Part shown: piece by piece, positions 27,001 through 42,000 of the stretch | How the letters are laid out: each line of letters starts with the position of its first letter | Position numbering within the stretch: the first letter of the stretch is position 1 | Assembly: GCF_009914755.1 (NCBI RefSeq) | Contig: NC_060946.1 | Reading direction: 5' to 3' (one strand) | Length of the DNA: 64,000 nt | Source: the human T2T-CHM13v2.0 reference genome, Homo sapiens | Notes under the pieces: model-generated | Database searches by the model: none | The model's input: the letters and a program-made list of their open reading frames with translations, nothing else | Told to the model about the DNA's origin: nothing | Program-made: the position numbers and the translations under genes

Positions 27001-30000
27001 AGTTTTTATGTGAAGATATTTCCTTTTTCACTGTAGGCCACAAATTGCTCCAAATATCCATTTGCAGATTCTACACAAAGAATGTTCCCAAACTGGTCAA
27101 TCAAAAGAAAGGCGCAACTCTGTGAGACGAAAGCACACATCACAAAGAAGTTTCCCGGAAAGCTTCTGTCTACATTTTATGTGAACGTATTTCCTTTGGC
27201 ACCATAGGCCTTAAACCGCTCGCAAATATAACTCCAATTAAACGACCTAGAGACTTTCTCCAGATTGCTAAATCAAAAGAAAGGTTCAACTCTGTGAGAT
27301 GAATACACACATCAAAAAGAAGTTTCTCAAAATGCTTCTGTCTAGTTTTCATGGGAAGATATTTATTTTTCACCGTTGGCCCCAAACCGCTCAGAAATAT
27401 CCCTTTGCAGTTTGTAGAAAAAGACTGCTTCCAAACTGCTCAATGAAAGGAAATGGCCAACTATTAGAGATGAATGGAAATGTCACAAAGAGTTTTCTCA
27501 AAAAGCTACTGTGTCGTTTTCATGTGAAGACATTGCCTTTGGCACCCTAGGCCTTAAAACTCTCTAAATGCACATTCACAGATTCTACAAAAAGACTGAT
27601 TCCAAACTGCTCAATCAGAAGAAGGGTTCAATTCCGTGTGACAAACGTGCACATCACCAAGAAATTTGTCAGAAAGCTTCTGTCTACTTTTTATGTGAAG
27701 ATATTTCATATTTCAACAAAGGCCATAAAGGGCTCACAAATATCCCTTCGCAGATTCTAAGAAAAGACGTTTTCCAAACTCCTCACTCAAAAGAAAGGTT
27801 TAACACTGTGAGATGAATGGACACATCACGAAGAAGTTTCTCAGAAAGCTTCTGTCTAGTTTTTCTGTGAAGATATTTCTTTTTCACCATAGGCCTCAAG
27901 CAGCTAAGAAATTTCCCTCTGCAGCTTCTACCAAAGGCTGTTTCCAAACTGCTCAACTGAAAGAAAGGTTGAATTCTGTGACATGAATTCACACATCACA
28001 AAGAGGTTTTTCAGAAATCTCCTGTCTGGTTTTTAGGTGAAGATACTTCCTTTTTCACCACGGGCCTCAAATATCTCCAAATATCCATTTGCAGATTCTA
28101 CAGAAAGACTTTCCAAACTGCTCCATCAAAAGAAAGGTTCAACACTGTGAGATGAAGGCACACATCACCAAGAAGTTTCTCAGAAACCTTCTGTCTAGTT
28201 TTTAGGTGAAGATACTTCGTATTTCACCACAGGCCATAAAGGGCTCACAAATATCCCTTTGCAGGTTCTACAAAAAGACTGTTTCCAAACTGCCCAATCA
28301 AAGGAGAGGTTCAACTCTGTGACGTGAATGGACACATCACAAAAAATTTCTTAGAATGCTTCCGTCTAGTTCTTATGGGAAGATATTTCTCTTTCACCAT
28401 AAGCCTCAAACGGATCAGAATTCTCCCTCTGCAGATTGTACGATAAGCCTCTTTCCAATCTGCTCAATCAAAAGAAAGTTTCCACTCGGTGAGGTGAATG
28501 CACACATCGCAAGGGAGTTTCTCAGAAAGCTTCTGTTTAGTTTTTACGTGAAGATATTTCGTTTTTCACCACGGGCCTCAAAAGCTCTCCAAATATCCAT
28601 TTGCATATTCTAGAAAAAGAGTGTTTCCAAACTCCTCAATCAAAGGATAGTTTCAATTCTGTGAGACGAAAGCACACATCACAACGAAGTTTCTTAGAAA
28701 GCGTCTGTGAAGTTTTTATGTGAAGATACTTCACATTGCATCACAGTACTCAAGGGGCTCAGAAATATCCCCTTGCAGATCCTACAAAAGGACTGTTTCA
28801 AAACTGCTCAATCCAAAGAAAGTTTCAACTATGTGAGACGAATGCACACGTCACGAAGAAGTGCCTCAGAATGCTTCTGTCTAGTTTATATGTGAAGAAG
28901 ATTCCTATTCCACCATAGGCAATAAAGGGCTCACAAATATGTTTTGCAGATTCTACAAAAAGACTGTATCCAAACTGCTCAATAAAAAGAAAGTTTTAAC
29001 TCTGTTAGGTTAATGGACACATCAAAAAGTAGTTTCTCAGAAAACTTCTGTGTAGTTTTTATGTGAAGATATTTCCTTTGTCACCATTGGCCTCGAAGCA
29101 CTCCTAATATCCATTTACAGATGTCACAGAAAGAGTGTTTCCAAACTGCTCAATCAAAAGAAAGTGTTTAACTCTGTGAGGTGAAAGCACACATCTCAAA
29201 GAAGTTTCTCCGAAAGCTTCGGTCTAGTTTTCATGTGATGATATTTCCAGTCTCACCATAGGCCTCAAAGGGCTAAGAAATATCCCTTTCCAGATTCTAA
29301 AAGACCACCATTTCCATACTTCTCAATCAAAAGAAAGGTTACATTCTGTGAGGTTAATGCACACATCAGAATGAAGTTTCTCAGAATTCTCCTGTCTAGT
29401 TTTCATGGGAAGATATTTACTATTTCACTCTAGGCTTCAAATGTCTCAAAAATATCCCTTTGCAGATTCTACAAAAATATGCTTTCCAAAGTGCTGAATT
29501 AAAAGAAACCTTCAACTCTGTCCGATGAATGGAGAGGCATCACAACGAAGTTCCTCAGAATGCTTCTGTCTAGTTTAAATGTGAAGATATTTCTTTTTCA
29601 CCATAGACCTCAAAGGGCTCAGAATTAGACCTTTGCAGATTGCAGAGAAAGACTGTCTCTAAACTGCTCAAATAAAATAAAGTTTCAACACGGTGAGATG
29701 AATGCACACATCACAAAGAAGTTCCTCAGAAAGCTTCTGTCTGGTTTTTATGTGAAGATATTTCCTTTTTCACCATAGGCCTTACACCGCTCACAAATAT
29801 CCTTCTGCAGATACTAGAAAAAGACTGTTTCCAAACTGCTCCATCAAAAGAAAATTTCACCCATCTGAGATGAATGCACACATCATAAAGAAGTTCCTCA
29901 GAATTCTTCTGTCTAGTTTTTATGTGAAGATGTTTCCATTTTCACCTTAGGCCACAAAGCGCTCCAAACATCCGTTTGCAGATGATACGAAAAGACTGTT

Positions 30001-33000
30001 TCCAAACTGCTCAATCAAAAGAAATTTTCAACTCTGTGAGATGAGAGCACACATCACAAAAAAGTTTCTCAGAAATCTTCTGTCTCGCTTTTATCTCAAG
30101 ATAATTCCTATTTTGCCATAGGAATCAAGGGGCTCACATATATCCCTTTGCGGATTCTACAAAAGTTCTCTTTACAAACTTCTCAATCAAAAGAAACGTT
30201 CAACATTGGGAGATGAATGAACACATCCCAAAGAAGTTTCTCAGGTTGCTTCTGTCTGGTTGCTATGTGAAGATGTTTCCTTTTTCACCATGGTCTTTAA
30301 GCCACTCAAACATACCTGTCTGCAGACTCTACAAAAAGACTGTTTCCAAACTGGCCCATATAGCATGTTTCAACTATGTGAAATGAATGCACTCATCAAA
30401 AAGAAGTTTCTCAGGATTCTCCTGTCTAGTTTTTATGTGAAGATATTTCCTTTTTCACCGTAGGCCACAAATTGCTCCAAATATCCATTTGCAGATTCTA
30501 CAAAAAGAATGTTCCCAAACTGGTCAATCAAAAGAAAGGCGCAACTCTGTGAGACGAAAGCACACATCACAAAGAAGTTTCCCGGAAAGCTTCTGTCTAC
30601 ATTTTATGTGAACGTATTTCCTTTGGCACCATAGGCCTTAAACCGCTCGCAAATATAACTCCAATTAAACGACCTAGAGACTTTCTCCAGATTGCTAAAT
30701 CAAAAGAAAGGTTCAACTCTGTGAGATGAATACACACATCAAAAAGAAGTTTCTCAAAATGCTTCTGTCTAGTTTTCATGGGAAGATATTTATTTTTCAC
30801 CGTTGGCCCCAAACCGCTCAGAAATATCCCTTTGCAGTTTGTAGAAAAAGACTGCTTCCAAACTGCTCAATGAAAGGAAATGGCCAACTATTAGAGATGA
30901 ATGGAAATGTCACAAAGAGTTTTCTCAAAAAGCTACTGTGTCGTTTTCATGTGAAGACATTGCCTTTGGCACCCTAGGCCTTAAAACTCTCTAAATGCAC
31001 ATTCACAGATTCTACAAAAAGACTGATTCCAAACTGCTCAATCAGAAGAAGGGTTCAATTCCGTGTGACAAACGTGCACATCACCAAGAAATTTGTCAGA
31101 AAGCTTCTGTCTACTTTTTATGTGAAGATATTTCATATTTCAACAAAGGCCATAAAGGGCTCACAAATATCCCTTCGCAGATTCTAAGAAAAGACGTTTT
31201 CCAAACTCCTCACTCAAAAGAAAGGTTTAACACTGTGAGATGAATGGACACATCACGAAGAAGTTTCTCAGAAAGCTTCTGTCTAGTTTTTCTGTGAAGA
31301 TATTTCTTTTTCACCATAGGCCTCAAGCAGCTAAGAAATTTCCCTCTGCAGCTTCTACCAAAGGCTGTTTCCAAACTGCTCAACTGAAAGAAAGGTTGAA
31401 TTCTGTGACATGAATTCACACATCACAAAGAGGTTTTTCAGAAATCTCCTGTCTGGTTTTTAGGTGAAGATACTTCCTTTTTCACCACGGGCCTCAAATA
31501 TCTCCAAATATCCATTTGCAGATTCTACAGAAAGACTTTCCAAACTGCTCCATCAAAAGAAAGGTTCAACACTGTGAGATGAAGGCACACATCACCAAGA
31601 AGTTTCTCAGAAACCTTCTGTCTAGTTTTTAGGTGAAGATACTTCGTATTTCACCACAGGCCATAAAGGGCTCACAAATATCCCTTTGCAGGTTCTACAA
31701 AAAGACTGTTTCCAAACTGCCCAATCAAAGGAGAGGTTCAACTCTGTGACGTGAATGGACACATCACAAAAAATTTCTTAGAATGCTTCCGTCTAGTTCT
31801 TATGGGAAGATATTTCTCTTTCACCATAAGCCTCAAACGGATCAGAATTCTCCCTCTGCAGATTGTACGATAAGCCTCTTTCCAATCTGCTCAATCAAAA
31901 GAAAGTTTCCACTCGGTGAGGTGAATGCACACATCGCAAGGGAGTTTCTCAGAAAGCTTCTGTTTAGTTTTTACGTGAAGATATTTCGTTTTTCACCACG
32001 GGCCTCAAAAGCTCTCCAAATATCCATTTGCATATTCTAGAAAAAGAGTGTTTCCAAACTCCTCAATCAAAGGATAGTTTCAATTCTGTGAGACGAAAGC
32101 ACACATCACAACGAAGTTTCTTAGAAAGCGTCTGTGAAGTTTTTATGTGAAGATACTTCACATTGCATCACAGTACTCAAGGGGCTCAGAAATATCCCCT
32201 TGCAGATCCTACAAAAGGACTGTTTCAAAACTGCTCAATCCAAAGAAAGTTTCAACTATGTGAGACGAATGCACACGTCACGAAGAAGTGCCTCAGAATG
32301 CTTCTGTCTAGTTTATATGTGAAGAAGATTCCTATTCCACCATAGGCAATAAAGGGCTCACAAATATGTTTTGCAGATTCTACAAAAAGACTGTATCCAA
32401 ACTGCTCAATAAAAAGAAAGTTTTAACTCTGTTAGGTTAATGGACACATCAAAAAGTAGTTTCTCAGAAAACTTCTGTGTAGTTTTTATGTGAAGATATT
32501 TCCTTTGTCACCATTGGCCTCGAAGCACTCCTAATATCCATTTACAGATGTCACAGAAAGAGTGTTTCCAAACTGCTCAATCAAAAGAAAGTGTTTAACT
32601 CTGTGAGGTGAAAGCACACATCTCAAAGAAGTTTCTCCGAAAGCTTCGGTCTAGTTTTCATGTGATGATATTTCCAGTCTCACCATAGGCCTCAAAGGGC
32701 TAAGAAATATCCCTTTCCAGATTCTAAAAGACCACCATTTCCATACTTCTCAATCAAAAGAAAGGTTACATTCTGTGAGGTTAATGCACACATCAGAATG
32801 AAGTTTCTCAGAATTCTCCTGTCTAGTTTTCATGGGAAGATATTTACTATTTCACTCTAGGCTTCAAATGTCTCAAAAATATCCCTTTGCAGATTCTACA
32901 AAAATATGCTTTCCAAAGTGCTGAATTAAAAGAAACCTTCAACTCTGTCCGATGAATGGAGAGGCATCACAACGAAGTTCCTCAGAATGCTTCTGTCTAG

Positions 33001-36000
33001 TTTAAATGTGAAGATATTTCTTTTTCACCATAGACCTCAAAGGGCTCAGAATTAGACCTTTGCAGATTGCAGAGAAAGACTGTCTCTAAACTGCTCAAAT
33101 AAAATAAAGTTTCAACACGGTGAGATGAATGCACACATCACAAAGAAGTTCCTCAGAAAGCTTCTGTCTGGTTTTTATGTGAAGATATTTCCTTTTTCAC
33201 CATAGGCCTTACACCGCTCACAAATATCCTTCTGCAGATACTAGAAAAAGACTGTTTCCAAACTGCTCCATCAAAAGAAAATTTCACCCATCTGAGATGA
33301 ATGCACACATCATAAAGAAGTTCCTCAGAATTCTTCTGTCTAGTTTTTATGTGAAGATGTTTCCATTTTCACCTTAGGCCACAAAGCGCTCCAAACATCC
33401 GTTTGCAGATGATACGAAAAGACTGTTTCCAAACTGCTCAATCAAAAGAAATTTTCAACTCTGTGAGATGAGAGCACACATCACAAAAAAGTTTCTCAGA
33501 AATCTTCTGTCTCGCTTTTATCTCAAGATAATTCCTATTTTGCCATAGGAATCAAGGGGCTCACATATATCCCTTTGCGGATTCTACAAAAGTTCTCTTT
33601 ACAAACTTCTCAATCAAAAGAAACGTTCAACATTGGGAGATGAATGAACACATCCCAAAGAAGTTTCTCAGGTTGCTTCTGTCTGGTTGCTATGTGAAGA
33701 TGTTTCCTTTTTCACCATGGTCTTTAAGCCACTCAAACATACCTGTCTGCAGACTCTACAAAAAGACTGTTTCCAAACTGGCCCATATAGCATGTTTCAA
33801 CTATGTGAAATGAATGCACTCATCAAAAAGAAGTTTCTCAGGATTCTCCTGTCTAGTTTTTATGTGAAGATATTTCCTTTTTCACCGTAGGCCACAAATT
33901 GCTCCAAATATCCATTTGCAGATTCTACAAAAAGAATGTTCCCAAACTGGTCAATCAAAAGAAAGGCGCAACTCTGTGAGACGAAAGCACACATCACAAA
34001 GAAGTTTCCCGGAAAGCTTCTGTCTACATTTTATGTGAACGTATTTCCTTTGGCACCATAGGCCTTAAACCGCTCGCAAATATAACTCCAATTAAACGAC
34101 CTAGAGACTTTCTCCAGATTGCTAAATCAAAAGAAAGGTTCAACTCTGTGAGATGAATACACACATCAAAAAGAAGTTTCTCAAAATGCTTCTGTCTAGT
34201 TTTCATGGGAAGATATTTATTTTTCACCGTTGGCCCCAAACCGCTCAGAAATATCCCTTTGCAGTTTGTAGAAAAAGACTGCTTCCAAACTGCTCAATGA
34301 AAGGAAATGGCCAACTATTAGAGATGAATGGAAATGTCACAAAGAGTTTCCTCAAAAAGCTACTGTGTCGTTTTCATGTGAAGACATTGCCTTTGGCACC
34401 CTAGGCCTTAAAACTCTCTAAATGCACATTCACAGATTCTACAAAAAGACTGATTCCAAACTGCTCAATCAGAAGAAGGGTTCAATTCCGTGTGACAAAC
34501 GTGCACATCACCAAGAAATTTGTCAGAAAGCTTCTGTCTACTTTTTATGTGAAGATATTTCATATTTCAACAAAGGCCATAAAGGGCTCACAAATATCCC
34601 TTCGCAGATTCTAAGAAAAGACGTTTTCCAAACTCCTCACTCAAAAGAAAGGTTTAACACTGTGAGATGAATGGACACATCACGAAGAAGTTTCTCAGAA
34701 AGCTTCTGTCTAGTTTTTCTGTGAAGATATTTCTTTTTCACCATAGGCCTCAAGCAGCTAAGAAATTTCCCTCTGCAGCTTCTACCAAAGGCTGTTTCCA
34801 AACTGCTCAACTGAAAGAAAGGTTGAATTCTGTGACATGAATTCACACATCACAAAGAGGTTTTTCAGAAATCTCCTGTCTGGTTTTTAGGTGAAGATAC
34901 TTCCTTTTTCACCACGGGCCTCAAATATCTCCAAATATCCATTTGCAGATTCTACAGAAAGACTTTCCAAACTGCTCCATCAAAAGAAAGGTTCAACACT
35001 GTGAGATGAAGGCACACATCACCAAGAAGTTTCTCAGAAACCTTCTGTCTAGTTTTTAGGTGAAGATACTTCGTATTTCACCACAGGCCATAAAGGGCTC
35101 ACAAATATCCCTTTGCAGGTTCTACAAAAAGACTGTTTCCAAACTGCCCAATCAAAGGAGAGGTTCAACTCTGTGACGTGAATGGACACATCACAAAAAA
35201 TTTCTTAGAATGCTTCCGTCTAGTTCTTATGGGAAGATATTTCTCTTTCACCATAAGCCTCAAACGGATCAGAATTCTCCCTCTGCAGATTGTACGATAA
35301 GCCTCTTTCCAATCTGCTCAATCAAAAGAAAGTTTCCACTCGGTGAGGTGAATGCACACATCGCAAGGGAGTTTCTCAGAAAGCTTCTGTTTAGTTTTTA
35401 CGTGAAGATATTTCGTTTTTCACCACGGGCCTCAAAAGCTCTCCAAATATCCATTTGCATATTCTAGAAAAAGAGTGTTTCCAAACTCCTCAATCAAAGG
35501 ATAGTTTCAATTCTGTGAGACGAAAGCACACATCACAACGAAGTTTCTTAGAAAGCGTCTGTGAAGTTTTTATGTGAAGATACTTCACATTGCATCACAG
35601 TACTCAAGGGGCTCAGAAATATCCCCTTGCAGATCCTACAAAAGGACTGTTTCAAAACTGCTCAATCCAAAGAAAGTTTCAACTATGTGAGACGAATGCA
35701 CACGTCACGAAGAAGTGCCTCAGAATGCTTCTGTCTAGTTTATATGTGAAGAAGATTCCTATTCCACCATAGGCAATAAAGGGCTCACAAATATGTTTTG
35801 CAGATTCTACAAAAAGACTGTACCCAAACTGCTCAATAAAAAGAAAGTTTTAACTCTGTTAGGTTAATGGACACATCAAAAAGTAGTTTCTCAGAAAACT
35901 TCTGTGTAGTTTTTATGTGAAGATATTTCCTTTGTCACCATTGGCCTCGAAGCACTCCTAATATCCATTTACAGATGTCACAGAAAGAGTGTTTCCAAAC

Positions 36001-39000
36001 TGCTCAATCAAAAGAAAGTGTTTAACTCTGTGAGGTGAAAGCACACATCTCAAAGAAGTTTCTCCGAAAGCTTCGGTCTAGTTTTCATGTGATGATATTT
36101 CCAGTCTCACCATAGGCCTCAAAGGGCTAAGAAATATCCCTTTCCAGATTCTAAAAGACCACCATTTCCATACTTCTCAATCAAAAGAAAGGTTACATTC
36201 TGTGAGGTTAATGCACACATCAGAATGAAGTTTCTCAGAATTCTCCTGTCTAGTTTTCATGGGAAGATATTTACTATTTCACTCTAGGCTTCAAATGTCT
36301 CAAAAATATCCCTTTGCAGATTCTACAAAAATATGCTTTCCAAAGTGCTGAATTAAAAGAAACCTTCAACTCTGTCCGATGAATGGAGAGGCATCACAAC
36401 GAAGTTCCTCAGAATGCTTCTGTCTAGTTTAAATGTGAAGATATTTCTTTTTCACCATAGACCTCAAAGGGCTCAGAATTAGACCTTTGCAGATTGCAGA
36501 GAAAGACTGTCTCTAAACTGCTCAAATAAAATAAAGTTTCAACACGGTGAGATGAATGCACACATCACAAAGAAGTTCCTCAGAAAGCTTCTGTCTGGTT
36601 TTTATGTGAAGATATTTCCTTTTTCACCATAGGCCTTACACCGCTCACAAATATCCTTCTGCAGATACTAGAAAAAGACTGTTTCCAAACTGCTCCATCA
36701 AAAGAAAATTTCACCCATCTGAGATGAATGCACACATCATAAAGAAGTTCCTCAGAATTCTTCTGTCTAGTTTTTATGTGAAGATGTTTCCATTTTCACC
36801 TTAGGCCACAAAGCGCTCCAAACATCCGTTTGCAGATGATACGAAAAGACTGTTTCCAAACTGCTCAATCAAAAGAAATTTTCAACTCTGTGAGATGAGA
36901 GCACACATCACAAAAAAGTTTCTCAGAAATCTTCTGTCTCGCTTTTATCTCAAGATAATTCCTATTTTGCCATAGGAATCAAGGGGCTCACATATATCCC
37001 TTTGCGGATTCTACAAAAGTTCTCTTTACAAACTTCTCAATCAAAAGAAACGTTCAACATTGGGAGATGAATGAACACATCCCAAAGAAGTTTCTCAGGT
37101 TGCTTCTGTCTGGTTGCTATGTGAAGATGTTTCCTTTTTCACCATGGTCTTTAAGCCACTCAAACATACCTGTCTGCAGACTCTACAAAAAGACTGTTTC
37201 CAAACTGGCCCATATAGCATGTTTCAACTATGTGAAATGAATGCACTCATCAAAAAGAAGTTTCTCAGGATTCTCCTGTCTAGTTTTTATGTGAAGATAT
37301 TTCCTTTTTCACCGTAGGCCACAAATTGCTCCAAATATCCATTTGCAGATTCTACAAAAAGAATGTTCCCAAACTGGTCAATCAAAAGAAAGGCGCAACT
37401 CTGTGAGACGAAAGCACACATCACAAAGAAGTTTCCCGGAAAGCTTCTGTCTACATTTTATGTGAACGTATTTCCTTTGGCACCATAGGCCTTAAACCGC
37501 TCGCAAATATAACTTCAATTAAACGACCTAGAGACTTTCTCCACATTGCTAAATCAAAAGAAAGGTTCAACTCTGTGAGATGAATACACACATTAAAAAG
37601 AAGTTTCTCAAAATGCTTCTGTCTAGTTTTCATGGGAAGATATTTATTTTTCACCGTTGGCCCCAAACCGCTCAGAAATATCCCTTTGCAGTTTGTAGAA
37701 AAAGACTGCTTCCAAACTGCTCAATGAAAGGAAATGGCCAACTATTAGAGATGAATGGAAATGTCACAAAGAGTTTTCTCAAAAAGCTACTGTGTCGTTT
37801 TCATGTGAAGACATTGCCTTTGGCACCCTAGGCCTTAAAACTCTCTAAATGCACATTCACAGATTCTACAAAAAGACTGATTCCAAACTGCTCAATCAGA
37901 AGAAGGGTTCAATTCCGTGTGACAAACGTGCACATCACCAAGAAATTTGTCAGAAAGCTTCTGTCTACTTTTTATGTGAAGATATTTCATATTTCAACAA
38001 AGGCCATAAAGGGCTCACAAATATCCCTTCGCAGATTCTAAGAAAAGACGTTTTCCAAACTCCTCACTCAAAAGAAAGGTTTAACACTGTGAGATGAATG
38101 GACACATCACGAAGAAGTTTCTCAGAAAGCTTCTGTCTAGTTTTTCTGTGAAGATATTTCTTTTTCACCATAGGCCTCAAGCAGCTAAGAAATTTCCCTC
38201 TGCAGCTTCTACCAAAGGCTGTTTCCAAACTGCTCAACTGAAAGAAAGGTTGAATTCTGTGACATGAATTCACACATCACAAAGAGGTTTTTCAGAAATC
38301 TCCTGTCTGGTTTTTAGGTGAAGATACTTCCTTTTTCACCACGGGCCTCAAATATCTCCAAATATCCATTTGCAGATTCTACAGAAAGACTTTCCAAACT
38401 GCTCCATCAAAAGAAAGGTTCAACACTGTGAGATGAAGGCACACATCACCAAGAAGTTTCTCAGAAACCTTCTGTCTAGTTTTTAGGTGAAGATACTTCG
38501 TATTTCACCACAGGCCATAAAGGGCTCACAAATATCCCTTTGCAGGTTCTACAAAAAGACTGTTTCCAAACTGCCCAATCAAAGGAGAGGTTCAACTCTG
38601 TGACGTGAATGGACACATCACAAAAAATTTCTTAGAATGCTTCCGTCTAGTTCTTATGGGAAGATATTTCTCTTTCACCATAAGCCTCAAACGGATCAGA
38701 ATTCTCCCTCTGCAGATTGTACGATAAGCCTCTTTCCAATCTGCTCAATCAAAAGAAAGTTTCCACTCGGTGAGGTGAATGCACACATCGCAAGGGAGTT
38801 TCTCAGAAAGCTTCTGTTTAGTTTTTACGTGAAGATATTTCGTTTTTCACCACGGGCCTCAAAAGCTCTCCAAATATCCATTTGCATATTCTAGAAAAAG
38901 AGTGTTTCCAAACTCCTCAATCAAAGGATAGTTTCAATTCTGTGAGACGAAAGCACACATCACAACGAAGTTTCTTAGAAAGCGTCTGTGAAGTTTTTAT

Positions 39001-42000
39001 GTGAAGATACTTCACATTGCATCACAGTACTCAAGGGGCTCAGAAATATCCCCTTGCAGATCCTACAAAAGGACTGTTTCAAAACTGCTCAATCCAAAGA
39101 AAGTTTCAACTATGTGAGACGAATGCACACGTCACGAAGAAGTGCCTCAGAATGCTTCTGTCTAGTTTATATGTGAAGAAGATTCCTATTCCACCATAGG
39201 CAATAAAGGGCTCACAAATATGTTTTGCAGATTCTACAAAAAGACTGTATCCAAACTGCTCAATAAAAAGAAAGTTTTAACTCTGTTAGGTTAATGGACA
39301 CATCAAAAAGTAGTTTCTCAGAAAACTTCTGTGTAGTTTTTATGTGAAGATATTTCCTTTGTCACCATTGGCCTCGAAGCACTCCTAATATCCATTTACA
39401 GATGTCACAGAAAGAGTGTTTCCAAACTGCTCAATCAAAAGAAAGTGTTTAACTCTGTGAGGTGAAAGCACACATCTCAAAGAAGTTTCTCCGAAAGCTT
39501 CGGTCTAGTTTTCATGTGATGATATTTCCAGTCTCACCATAGGCCTCAAAGGGCTAAGAAATATCCCTTTCCAGATTCTAAAAGACCACCATTTCCATAC
39601 TTCTCAATCAAAAGAAAGGTTACATTCTGTGAGGTTAATGCACACATCAGAATGAAGTTTCTCAGAATTCTCCTGTCTAGTTTTCATGGGAAGATATTTA
39701 CTATTTCACTCTAGGCTTCAAATGTCTCAAAAATATCCCTTTGCAGATTCTACAAAAATATGCTTTCCAAAGTGCTGAATTAAAAGAAACCTTCAACTCT
39801 GTCCGATGAATGGAGAGGCATCACAACGAAGTTCCTCAGAATGCTTCTGTCTAGTTTAAATGTGAAGATATTTCTTTTTCACCATAGACCTCAAAGGGCT
39901 CAGAATTAGACCTTTGCAGATTGCAGAGAAAGACTGTCTCTAAACTGCTCAAATAAAATAAAGTTTCAACACGGTGAGATGAATGCACACATCACAAAGA
40001 AGTTCCTCAGAAAGCTTCTGTCTGGTTTTTATGTGAAGATATTTCCTTTTTCACCATAGGCCTTACACCGCTCACAAATATCCTTCTGCAGATACTAGAA
40101 AAAGACTGTTTCCAAACTGCTCCATCAAAAGAAAATTTCACCCATCTGAGATGAATGCACACATCATAAAGAAGTTCCTCAGAATTCTTCTGTCTAGTTT
40201 TTATGTGAAGATGTTTCCATTTTCACCTTAGGCCACAAAGCGCTCCAAACATCCGTTTGCAGATGATACGAAAAGACTGTTTCCAAACTGCTCAATCAAA
40301 AGAAATTTTCAACTCTGTGAGATGAGAGCACACATCACAAAAAAGTTTCTCAGAAATCTTCTGTCTCGCTTTTATCTCAAGATAATTCCTATTTTGCCAT
40401 AGGAATCAAGGGGCTCACATATATCCCTTTGCGGATTCTACAAAAGTTCTCTTTACAAACTTCTCAATCAAAAGAAACGTTCAACATTGGGAGATGAATG
40501 AACACATCCCAAAGAAGTTTCTCAGGTTGCTTCTGTCTGGTTGCTATGTGAAGATGTTTCCTTTTTCACCATGGTCTTTAAGCCACTCAAACATACCTGT
40601 CTGCAGACTCTACAAAAAGACTGTTTCCAAACTGGCCCATATAGCATGTTTCAACTATGTGAAATGAATGCACTCATCAAAAAGAAGTTTCTCAGGATTC
40701 TCCTGTCTAGTTTTTATGTGAAGATATTTCCTTTTTCACCGTAGGCCACAAATTGCTCCAAATATCCATTTGCAGATTCTACAAAAAGAATGTTCCCAAA
40801 CTGGTCAATCAAAAGAAAGGCGCAACTCTGTGAGACGAAAGCACACATCACAAAGAAGTTTCCCGGAAAGCTTCTGTCTACATTTTATGTGAACGTATTT
40901 CCTTTGGCACCATTGGCCTTAAACCGCTCGCAAATATAACTCCAATTAAACGACCTAGAGACTTTCTCCAGATTGCTAAATCAAAAGAAAGGTTCAACTC
41001 TGTGAGATGAATACACACATCAAAAAGAAGTTTCTCAAAATGCTTCTGTCTAGTTTTCATGGGAAGATATTTATTTTTCACCGTTGGCCCCAAACCGCTC
41101 AGAAATATCCCTTTGCAGTTTGTAGAAAAAGACTGCTTCCAAACTGCTCAATGAAAGGAAATGGCCAACTATTAGAGATGAATGGAAATGTCACAAAGAG
41201 TTTTCTCAAAAAGCTACTGTGTCGTTTTCATGTGAAGACATTGCCTTTGGCACCCTAGGCCTTAAAACTCTCTAAATGCACATTCACAGATTCTACAAAA
41301 AGACTGATTCCAAACTGCTCAATCAGAAGAAGGGTTCAATTCCGTGTGACAAACGTGCACATCACCAAGAAATTTGTCAGAAAGCTTCTGTCTACTTTTT
41401 ATGTGAAGATATTTCATATTTCAACAAAGGCCATAAAGGGCTCACAAATATCCCTTCGCAGATTCTAAGAAAAGACGTTTTCCAAACTCCTCACTCAAAA
41501 GAAAGGTTTAACACTGTGAGATGAATGGACACATCACGAAGAAGTTTCTCAGAAAGCTTCTGTCTAGTTTTTCTGTGAAGATATTTCTTTTTCACCATAG
41601 GCCTCAAGCAGCTAAGAAATTTCCCTCTGCAGCTTCTACCAAAGGCTGTTTCCAAACTGCTCAACTGAAAGAAAGGTTGAATTCTGTGACATGAATTCAC
41701 ACATCACAAAGAGGTTTTTCAGAAATCTCCTGTCTGGTTTTTAGGTGAAGATACTTCCTTTTTCACCACGGGCCTCAAATATCTCCAAATATCCATTTGC
41801 AGATTCTACAGAAAGACTTTCCAAACTGCTCCATCAAAAGAAAGGTTCAACACTGTGAGATGAAGGCACACATCACCAAGAAGTTTCTCAGAAACCTTCT
41901 GTCTAGTTTTTAGGTGAAGATACTTCGTATTTCACCACAGGCCATAAAGGGCTCACAAATATCCCTTTGCAGGTTCTACAAAAAGACTGTTTCCAAACTG

